This document shows positions 45,952 through 53,831 of a DNA stretch of 64,000 nt, in pieces. The position numbers and the translations under genes are program-made. Each line of letters opens with the position of its first letter. Positions within the stretch are counted from its first letter, which is position 1. Source of the stretch: Bacteroidales bacterium (GTDB lineage: Bacteria > Bacteroidota > Bacteroidia > Bacteroidales > UBA932); NCBI GenBank assembly GCA_041441455.1, contig JASDTB010000056.1:2767-66766 (forward strand). Direction: 5' to 3'. The notes beneath the pieces were generated by a model. That model ran no database searches. It worked only from the letters and a program-made list of their open reading frames with translations, and was not told where the DNA came from.

Positions 45952-46308
45952 CTAAATACGACTATTTTTTTTGTCTGTGATATAAACAACTCCCCTAGAG
46001 GAGATTAAATAACTGTAATTATAGCATCGGTACAAAAACCTTCCTTTCTCATACTCTTCGTGCGAAGTATATAGTTTAAAATTGAAACCTCTCTCTTCAA
46101 GCACCTCTTTTCGCACTCTTTTTTCGGACTGTATCAAACAATCCTTTAATAGTCGCCTGTTCTTATTCAATGTCTTGTTGACCAGTTTGACTAATGAAGG
46201 CAATTTCTCAAGTTTTGAATTATTAAAGGTGTTTCTACATAAGGTTGAACAAAATTTTTTGTCGCTTCTCCCAATAAGCGGCTTCCCACAATCAAGGCAA
46301 GTTCTCAT
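45952..46308 (-). CDS. Small zinc-ribbon protein, unknown function
   Basis: N-terminal CLDCGKP...CSTLC (CxxC...CxxxC); basic, 118 aa. Confidence 0.45.
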   Translation of the reverse strand: MRTCLDCGKPLIGRSDKKFCSTLCRNTFNNSKLEKLPSLVKLVNKTLNKNRRLLKDCLIQSEKRVRKEVLEERGFNFKLYTSHEEYEKGRFLYRCYNYSYLISSRGVVYITDKKNSRI

Positions 46309-46468
46309 TCAGTTTTAGTTTAAGTTGTTAGTATTTCATGTTTTAGTAATCCAAAAATAAAAAATCACCATTTTTTGATTTCACAAGTTTTACATTATTT
46401 TATCTATTAATCAATTAATTATATCATTTTAAAAAAATGTGTTATTTTTAGAAAATAATTCCGAGTTT

Positions 46469-47095
46469 ATGACAGAGATCATCTTTACAAGGCATGGCCA
46501 TACTGAATGGAACAAGGAGCAAAGGCTTCAAGGACGCAAGGACTCTCCTCTAACAGAGAGAGGTCTTCATCAGGCGTCTGTTCTTGGATTGTATCTCAAA
46601 GGAAAAGGGATAAAAAAGATCTATTCAAGCTCACTATTCAGAGCGGTCAGAACATCAAGAATCATCTCAGCTCAGTCTGGTATTTCTGATATACTTCTGA
46701 GAGATGATTTACGAGAGATCTATCTATCCGATTTGGAAGGACAGCAGTTTTCTAAAGCTCATGAGTTATATCCCGAAAAAATGGAGGCATTTTCTCATAA
46801 ACCATCAAGTTTTGTCCCTTTAAAGGATGGAGAGACCTTTTTTGAAGCTCAAAAGAGAGCTGTAAATGCTGTTGAATCTATTGCTAAAGAGAATCCAGAC
46901 TCTACAATTTTAATCGTTTCTCATGCAGTCTTACTCCGGTTAATCTTTGCTCACTATTCTGGAACTCATATCGACGATTATTGGCCAAAACAAGGTTTCT
47001 TTTATCCTTGTAGTCTGTCATCAATTGAATTTCATGACTTCTCCCGTAAGATTTCTTTAGTCAACAGCATCGAGTATGCAACAATGCAATATTAG
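46469..47095 (+). CDS. Histidine phosphatase family protein (phosphoglycerate mutase-like)
   Basis: RHGHTEWN catalytic motif near the N-terminus and a later SHA motif. The ATG at 46469 is preferred over the upstream GTG. Confidence 0.8.
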   Translation: MTEIIFTRHGHTEWNKEQRLQGRKDSPLTERGLHQASVLGLYLKGKGIKKIYSSSLFRAVRTSRIISAQSGISDILLRDDLREIYLSDLEGQQFSKAHELYPEKMEAFSHKPSSFVPLKDGETFFEAQKRAVNAVESIAKENPDSTILIVSHAVLLRLIFAHYSGTHIDDYWPKQGFFYPCSLSSIEFHDFSRKISLVNSIEYATMQY

Positions 47096-47220
47096 TCTCC
47101 GTTATTACTAAAGAGTGTCTAAATAATTATAGTCACTTATAGACGTATATAACTGTTTATAAGAGATTTGATTAGTTGATATTGTTTTTCTTTGTATTGT
47201 AATCAATAAAATTTACAATC

Positions 47221-47565
47221 ATGGAAAAATCAATTAACAGAGTGGAGCTTAAGGGAAACGTGGGGTTTGATCCAAAAATCACATCTTTAGATGATGGTTC
47301 GCAAGTGATGAGGCTCTCTCTCGCAACTAGTGAGACATTTAAAAACAGAAAAGGGGAGTTACAGGAGGAGACGGTTTGGCACTCAGTTGTTGCGTTCACA
47401 GGTAAGAATATGCCAGATTTCTCGCAAATTAAGAAAGGAAGCGTTTTATCGGTGGTCGGCAGGATTAAGCCAGTTCAGTATCAAACTAAGACTGGAATTG
47501 AAAGACAAACATACGAGATAGTTGCTGCAGCAATAAAGCAAATTGTACCTAATAACGGGTTATAA
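47221..47565 (+). CDS. ssb: Single-stranded DNA-binding protein, short form (OB fold only)
   Basis: INRVELKGNVGFDPKI...WHSVVAFTGK pattern of SSB OB folds. 114 aa, with no acidic C-terminal tail. Confidence 0.7.
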   Translation: MEKSINRVELKGNVGFDPKITSLDDGSQVMRLSLATSETFKNRKGELQEETVWHSVVAFTGKNMPDFSQIKKGSVLSVVGRIKPVQYQTKTGIERQTYEIVAAAIKQIVPNNGL

Positions 47566-47628
47566 AAATTTATTGTAATTTTACGGACTGAAACAGGAGC
47601 TGTTTGATGCTCCAAAAAGTAAAATGAG

Positions 47629-49104
47629 ATGACAAAAGAGATATTTCTTTACAACACCATCAACAGAAAAAAAGAGCTGTTTGAGCCACTCAGTCCGGGT
47701 ATGGTGGGAATGTATGTTTGCGGCCCTACGGTTTATGGTGATGCTCACTTGGGTCACGCCAGGCCAGGCATTACCTATGATGTACTAGTTCGCCTTTTCA
47801 AGCACTTGGGATATAAAGTAAGATATGTTAGAAACATCACAGATGTTGGGCATTTAGAAAATGATGCCGACAGTGGTGAAGACAAAATAGCTCAAAAGGC
47901 AAGACTTGAGCAATTAGAGCCAATGGAGGTTGTTCAGCATTACACTCTTCGATACCACGAAGCGATGAGAATGTTAAACACATTACCTCCAAACATCGAG
48001 CCTAGGGCTTCTGCTCACATTATTGAGCAGATAGACTTGGTGAAGACTATTTTAGATAAGGGTTATGCTTATGAAAGCAATGGCTCTGTATATTTCGATG
48101 TAGAGGCCTACAATAAAAAGCATAAATATGGAATGCTTTCGGGAAGATCTTTAGAAGATATGCAATCTAATACAAGAACATTGGATGGTCAAGATGATAA
48201 AAGATCTTCATTCGACTTCGCCCTATGGAAAAAGGCATCTCCTACTCATATCATGAGGTGGCCATCTCCATGGAGTGATGGTTTTCCAGGATGGCATTTG
48301 GAGTGTTCGGCAATGAGTTCAAAATACTTAGGAGAAGAGTTTGATATTCATGGTGGCGGAATGGATCTTCTCTTTCCGCACCACGAATGTGAATTAGCTC
48401 AAAATACTGCATCTAGAGGGAAAGGTGGCGTTAGGTATTGGATGCATAATAATATGATAACCATCAATGGTCAAAAGATGGGTAAATCTTTGGGTAACTT
48501 TATTACGTTAGAGGAGCTCTTTACAGGTTCGCATAAGATTCTTGAGCAACCTTATTCACCAATGACTATCCGTTTCTTTATACTTCAAGCTCACTACAGA
48601 AGTACTCTTGATTTTAGCAATGAGGCTCTCCAAGCGGCCGAGAAAGGTCTGAAAAGATTTATTCAAGCAGTCAAAGATTCTGCTAATCTAGAGATTAAGT
48701 CGGGAGTTGTGGACAATGTTCAAATAGAGGAGATTAGACAAGGGGTGTATAAAGCATTATGTGACGATCTCAATACTCCTGTTGCCATTGCTCATCTATT
48801 TGATGCTGTCAAGATTGTTAACCAAGTTAAAGATAAAACCATTTCAATCAATGAGCAGGATAAACTCAAGTTATCTGCTCTTTTCAAGGATGTTGTCGAA
48901 GATGTTTTAGGCCTAGTTGATGAGCAGGAGGGAAGTGGAGTCAGCGAAATTTTAAATGGTGTGATGGAGATGCTGCTTGAGGTTAGAAGCGGTGCTAAGA
49001 AGAATAAAGATTTTGCAACAAGTGACCTTATTCGCGATAGACTTAACAAGCTTGGAATAACAATTAAAGATACTAAAGAGGGAACTGAGTGGTCTGTGAG
49101 CTAA
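47629..49104 (+). CDS. cysS: Cysteine--tRNA ligase
   Basis: HIGH-class motif HLGHAR, KMSKS variant KMGKS, zinc-site region WHLECS; 491 aa. Confidence 0.95.
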   Translation: MTKEIFLYNTINRKKELFEPLSPGMVGMYVCGPTVYGDAHLGHARPGITYDVLVRLFKHLGYKVRYVRNITDVGHLENDADSGEDKIAQKARLEQLEPMEVVQHYTLRYHEAMRMLNTLPPNIEPRASAHIIEQIDLVKTILDKGYAYESNGSVYFDVEAYNKKHKYGMLSGRSLEDMQSNTRTLDGQDDKRSSFDFALWKKASPTHIMRWPSPWSDGFPGWHLECSAMSSKYLGEEFDIHGGGMDLLFPHHECELAQNTASRGKGGVRYWMHNNMITINGQKMGKSLGNFITLEELFTGSHKILEQPYSPMTIRFFILQAHYRSTLDFSNEALQAAEKGLKRFIQAVKDSANLEIKSGVVDNVQIEEIRQGVYKALCDDLNTPVAIAHLFDAVKIVNQVKDKTISINEQDKLKLSALFKDVVEDVLGLVDEQEGSGVSEILNGVMEMLLEVRSGAKKNKDFATSDLIRDRLNKLGITIKDTKEGTEWSVS

Positions 49105-49172
49105 AGTAGACTTAGACAAATCGGAGCCAACTTCTTTTTCTTTTGAACTTAAACTATTTTGAAATATATATA

Positions 49173-50336
49173 ATGGAAAGAAGAGATTTTTTTAAAGTAT
49201 TGTCTGCCAGTGGTGTTGGTATGGCGATGGCTCCGGTGATCAAGGCTGCAGAATCTGTTGAACAGATTGCTCAAAGCGACAAACCTGCGACAAATGTTGC
49301 AGATGCTGTTGCTGCACCTCGAACAAAAACCTCAATGCCAGGAAGGTATCCTGGGCGAGTTGTAAAAGTTGTCGATCCAAAAAGTGTTGTTGACGGTGTT
49401 CCTCAAGAGGAGGTTGCATATGATATGCTTAAAAAGAGCATGTTGCTGCTAACTGGTGAGAAGAGTATTAAAAAAGCGTGGAGGCAATTTGTTTCCCCAA
49501 AAGATGTAGTTGGTCTAAAAGTTAATCCAGTTGCTGGAAAACTACTTACTACATCGCATGCTGTAACTAAAGCTGTAATAAGACAATTAGAAGAGGCAGG
49601 GATTAGCCGCGATAAGATTGTTATTTGGGATCGTCGAGAGATGCAGCTTCATGAGACTGGCTATACTAAAGAGAACTATCCAAGTATTAAAATAACAGGA
49701 ACCGAATGTCAAGATGAGAAAGGTGGTTATTATAATATGGAAGGTAAATTATATGCCGAAGAGAGAATCGATAAAGACCACTTCTTTTTTGCAGATGTAG
49801 AGGGTGAGTATGATGCATACACAATTCCGTTTATGGTAAATGGTGGTAAATACTCTTATTTCTCAAAGATTTGCACTCAAGAGGTTACAAAGATTATCAA
49901 TCTTCCTATCATGAAAAATGCAGGAGGTTCTTCAACTCTGTGTATGAAAAACTTAGGATATGGTGCAATCACAAATACCGGAAGACTACACGCTAAATTA
50001 TGGAACGAAACTTCTGCTTATGTCTGTGCTTTTCCACCAATTAGAGACAAAGTTGTTCTAAATATCCTTGATGGATTGGTTGGTTGTTTCGACGGAGGTC
50101 CGTCGGCAAAACCTCAATTTATTTGTAATTATAATACTCTTCTAGTAGGTTCCGACCCTGTGGCTGTTGACAGAACTGGTCATGACATCATTATCAATAA
50201 GAGGCTAGAAATGGGAATTCCTAGTGCTCAGAAAGAGAAATCTGTTGGCACTCCAAAATATGTTAAATTAGCAGAGGAATTAAAACTTGGAGTAGGTGAT
50301 GTCTCAAAGATTGAACTACTCGAAATCAAAGCATAA
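49173..50336 (+). CDS. DUF362 domain protein with twin-arginine (Tat) signal
   Basis: MERRDFFKVLSASGVGMAMAPVIKAAES is Tat-like. The remainder resembles DUF362. The ATG at 49173 is preferred over the upstream TTG. Confidence 0.6.
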   Translation: MERRDFFKVLSASGVGMAMAPVIKAAESVEQIAQSDKPATNVADAVAAPRTKTSMPGRYPGRVVKVVDPKSVVDGVPQEEVAYDMLKKSMLLLTGEKSIKKAWRQFVSPKDVVGLKVNPVAGKLLTTSHAVTKAVIRQLEEAGISRDKIVIWDRREMQLHETGYTKENYPSIKITGTECQDEKGGYYNMEGKLYAEERIDKDHFFFADVEGEYDAYTIPFMVNGGKYSYFSKICTQEVTKIINLPIMKNAGGSSTLCMKNLGYGAITNTGRLHAKLWNETSAYVCAFPPIRDKVVLNILDGLVGCFDGGPSAKPQFICNYNTLLVGSDPVAVDRTGHDIIINKRLEMGIPSAQKEKSVGTPKYVKLAEELKLGVGDVSKIELLEIKA

Positions 50337-50339
50337 ATA

Positions 50340-51074
50340 ATGACTCTCAAACCTAAAACAAAAACTAAATATTTGGTAATCCTGATCCTGTTCTTCTCCA
50401 CAAAACTCTTCGGAGGAGAGCAGGATCTTCTTATCAAAAAGGAGACAAAATTTACTGGTGAAGGTCTATATGGCTTTATGAATGGAGGCGCAGACCTTTA
50501 CTTAGAGTATGGTTTTTCTGATCTGATTTATAGAGAGCTCACTTATAGGGGTGAGGACTTTTCTGTTGAATTATACAAAATGCGATCTCCAGAAGATGCA
50601 TTTGGGATACACTCTGTTCTATCGTTTAGATGTATATCTGCTGACTCCTTAGGCAGAGTTGAGTGTCTGACAAAATATCAGTTGCAAGCTGTATCTGGTA
50701 ATTATTTTATCTCAGTAGTCTTCTCTTCTGGTTCACTTAATGGACGTGCAGGTGCGTACGAACTAATCTCTAAATTTCTCCCTAATGACGAATCAAAAGT
50801 AAATTTTCCTGATTTTGTACAAGAGAAAAAAAGATATACTACAAACCTATTCTATTGTGCTGGATCGTTGGGACTTTCAAATTTGCCATCTGCAATAAGC
50901 TCTCTATTGGAAGGAATCTCAGCTTATAAATTGTGGTATTATAAAGATGGATTATCATCAAATAGGTGTAGAGTGTTTTTTTCTGATAATCAATCACTTT
51001 CAATTGTTAAGCAGCGGATTCCCGCATCAGATATAGTTTCTATAAATAATTTAACTTTAGATTTTAAGTTTTGA
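50340..51074 (+). CDS. Secreted protein of unknown function (DUF6599-like)
   Basis: N-terminal hydrophobic leader, with motif GFMNGGADLYLEYGF. Starts 3 nt after the DUF362 gene. Confidence 0.4.
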   Translation: MTLKPKTKTKYLVILILFFSTKLFGGEQDLLIKKETKFTGEGLYGFMNGGADLYLEYGFSDLIYRELTYRGEDFSVELYKMRSPEDAFGIHSVLSFRCISADSLGRVECLTKYQLQAVSGNYFISVVFSSGSLNGRAGAYELISKFLPNDESKVNFPDFVQEKKRYTTNLFYCAGSLGLSNLPSAISSLLEGISAYKLWYYKDGLSSNRCRVFFSDNQSLSIVKQRIPASDIVSINNLTLDFKF

Positions 51075-51115
51075 TTTAAAATATTTTTATATTTGTATAG
51101 AAATATCTTAAAATC

Positions 51116-51475
51116 TTGAAATTCGTTCACAACATACTGTCTTTCACAATCTTGTCGGTGTATTTGGTTTCACTGATGGGAATTGGTCGTTATTCGTGTG
51201 GTTGTGAACACTCCTCTAGAATTTGCCTGTTTGGTATTCATACTGAATGTAATTGCCATCATAAGCATCATGTAAAGACGCAAAAATTCTTTAGATGTGT
51301 GTGTGGCGCTATACTTACAGTGAAGGAGCCTGAACAGAAGGATTGCTGTAAGGTGAACTATTATTTCCTTAAAGATGAGCAAAATATAGCTAATATTCTT
51401 TTTGTAGCAGCCGATTCTTTTTCTCCAGCACTTAAGCCTCTTACAGTTTTTATTATAAAGTCGAAAGGCCAATAA
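51116..51475 (+). CDS. Small Cys/His-rich membrane-anchored protein
   Basis: TTG start, one N-terminal TM helix, then clusters CGCEH, CNCHHKHH, CVC and DCC (10 Cys and 8 His in 119 aa). Confidence 0.45.
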   Translation: MKFVHNILSFTILSVYLVSLMGIGRYSCGCEHSSRICLFGIHTECNCHHKHHVKTQKFFRCVCGAILTVKEPEQKDCCKVNYYFLKDEQNIANILFVAADSFSPALKPLTVFIIKSKGQ

Positions 51476-51656
51476 TTAAATCGTTTCAGGCTCTATTCCA
51501 GCGAGTCACGGGGCCTTTGTTTAAAAAATTCAGTCAGTTTATCTTATGATTTATAAGTCGGGTGTAACTTTTATGCCCGAATGTAGTCTTATGTAAAAAT
51601 GCCTGGGTATACACCTAAGGTAAGTGAAATCATAATTAATAAACTTAAGTACAACG

Positions 51657-53810
51657 ATGAACAGACTTGGATTTATAATTCTAGCCCTAATCCTTTACAT
51701 GTCGTCAGTAGCGTCCTTTGCAGCCGAAAAACGAGCATTTGCAATTGTGACCGACGAAAAGACATACGCTTCATGCAAGACGTCTGTCGACCAATATGCC
51801 GAATCTATCAAAAATGAGGGGATAAATGTATTTGTCATCAATAATGGATGGAGTACCCCCGAAGATATTAGAAAAAAATTAGTTGAATTATATAAAAGCA
51901 GCAACCTAGAGGGAGCTGTCTTTATTGGAGATGTGCCAGTTCCTATGATTAGAGATGCGCAACATCTTACAACTGCCTTTAAGATGGATCAAAGAAGAGA
52001 TTGGCAAGAATCTTCTGTGCCGTCTGATCGTTTTTATGATGATTTTGATCTTAAATTCAATTTTATCAAAAGAGACTCTACAAAAGCGCTCTATTATTAC
52101 TACTCTCTTGCCTCCGATGGGCCTCAGTCTATCAATTGCGATATCTATACCGCACGTATTAAGCCTCCAGTGGTAAAAGGTAAGGGTAAGTATGAGTTAA
52201 TAAGCGAGTTTTTAATAAAGGCTGCTAAAAATAAAAGCTCAAAACATCTTATAAACAGACTTTCTTACTTTGCTGGCCATGGATATAATTCCGATTGTAT
52301 GGTTGCCAGAATCGATGAGAAGTTGGCCCTTTCTGAGCAGTTTTCCTTTATAAATAAAGGGTCGAAAAGAGTTAACTATCTCGATCATAAATTTGAAGAC
52401 AATATAAAATACCGTTTGTTAGCAGAATTGCAGAGTGAAGGATTGGATTTAGCGATTCTTCACCATCATGGTTCTGAGGACTTACAACTAATGAATGGCT
52501 CTCCTTTAACTTCTGACACTCAAAGATGGTTGGAGATGGCAAAAAAATTCTTCCGCGGAAAGATCAGAGGAGCAAAAGATACAACTGCTGCAAAAAAATA
52601 TTATATCGACAACTATAAAGTGCCTGAATCATGGGTTGCAAATGCATTTGATAAAAAAATGATGTTGAAAGACAGCCTAGAAGATGCTGCGATAGATATT
52701 CATATTTCCGATCTTGAGGGCTTCAAGCCACAAGCAAAGGTTGTCATTTTCGATGCTTGCTTCAATGGATCATTTCACTTAGATGATTATATCAGTGGCC
52801 ATTATATTTTTGCAGACGGGGAGACTATGGTTGTTAAAGCAAACTCAGTAAATACTCTGCAAGATACATGGACTAATCAATTAATAGGCTTGCTCGACAG
52901 AGGAGTATCTGTGGGGAATTGGGCAAAAGGCCAGATGACACTTGAGTCTCACTTAATAGGAGATCCGACATATAGATTTCTTGCTCAACCAGCAATCAAC
53001 TTTGATTTGAATGAAAAGGTTGCCGACCACAATCCAAATTCAAAATATTGGCAAAAATTACTTCAATCTAGCGATCCTGAATTACGCTCTTTAGCGATTA
53101 AACGTCTTGCCAGCCAAGCAGCCTTGAGCGATGATGAACTGCTAAAGATTCAATCTCAAGATCCAAATTGTATAGTTCGATTAATGGCATTCACTCAAAT
53201 GAGGGAGAGGGCAAACGAGAACCTAGACAAGGCAATAAAAATCGGATTAAATGATGAATATGAGTTGATTAGAAGATTGTCTGCATACATTGCAGGAATG
53301 AACTACTCTCCGATTTATCTTCAAGATCTTTACAATATGAGAGTTGCTCCTGGAGTTAGCGAAAGGGTTGATTTTCAGATTAAGTCAGCATCGGAAGGCT
53401 ACAAAAAAGAGGAGGCTTTGGCTGCATTTGATAATGCAATAAAAGGCAAAAGCGGAAAATGGTACGATGATTTAAAAGCAAAAAGGAAAAATATAGATTA
53501 TACTTTGTCGAAAAATGAATCCGATATGAATTCATTATTAGACGAAAATGTTTCTGCTAAAGAGAAGAGATTCACACTGATGTCACTTAGAAACAGTAAT
53601 AATATTGCCTACTTAGATATACTCTTTAAATTCATGAAAGAGTCGAAAGACAGAGCGTTGAGACTTCAGTTAGCGGAGGCCTTTGGATGGTATAAATATT
53701 CATACAAAAAAGCAGAGATCATTAAGTTTTGTACATCACTCGCTTCTGAAGAGAGAGATGTTGAAATCAAAAATGAGTTGCTAAGAACCATTAATAGATT
53801 AAACAATTAA
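51657..53810 (+). CDS. Secreted gingipain (C25)-like domain + HEAT-repeat protein, paralog A
   Basis: Signal peptide. Motifs FIGDVPVP, VPSDRFYDDFDL, AGHGYNSDC, LHHHG, FDACFNGSF (Cys codon 52758-52760), LIGDPTY. C-terminal HEAT-like repeats (LRLQLAEAFGW). Confidence 0.6.
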   Translation: MNRLGFIILALILYMSSVASFAAEKRAFAIVTDEKTYASCKTSVDQYAESIKNEGINVFVINNGWSTPEDIRKKLVELYKSSNLEGAVFIGDVPVPMIRDAQHLTTAFKMDQRRDWQESSVPSDRFYDDFDLKFNFIKRDSTKALYYYYSLASDGPQSINCDIYTARIKPPVVKGKGKYELISEFLIKAAKNKSSKHLINRLSYFAGHGYNSDCMVARIDEKLALSEQFSFINKGSKRVNYLDHKFEDNIKYRLLAELQSEGLDLAILHHHGSEDLQLMNGSPLTSDTQRWLEMAKKFFRGKIRGAKDTTAAKKYYIDNYKVPESWVANAFDKKMMLKDSLEDAAIDIHISDLEGFKPQAKVVIFDACFNGSFHLDDYISGHYIFADGETMVVKANSVNTLQDTWTNQLIGLLDRGVSVGNWAKGQMTLESHLIGDPTYRFLAQPAINFDLNEKVADHNPNSKYWQKLLQSSDPELRSLAIKRLASQAALSDDELLKIQSQDPNCIVRLMAFTQMRERANENLDKAIKIGLNDEYELIRRLSAYIAGMNYSPIYLQDLYNMRVAPGVSERVDFQIKSASEGYKKEEALAAFDNAIKGKSGKWYDDLKAKRKNIDYTLSKNESDMNSLLDENVSAKEKRFTLMSLRNSNNIAYLDILFKFMKESKDRALRLQLAEAFGWYKYSYKKAEIIKFCTSLASEERDVEIKNELLRTINRLNN

Positions 53811-53831
53811 CCACAATTAATAACACAAACT

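Noticed and set aside
47596-47613. A small hairpin, GGAGC-N8-GCTCC, lies between ssb and cysS.
   Set aside because: The stem is only 5 bp and is followed by an A-run rather than a T-tract on the relevant strand. It is not convincing as a terminator, and no T-box or riboswitch signature is visible.
51464-51580. Possible structured RNA in the 181-bp leader before paralog A: AAAGGCC...GGCCTTT long-range pairing, a nested GGCTC/GAGTC stem, and a TCGGG/CCCGA stem.
   Set aside because: The stems are short and widely spaced, and they match no riboswitch consensus I can recognise (there is no B12 box, for example). Covariation analysis would be needed before calling anything.
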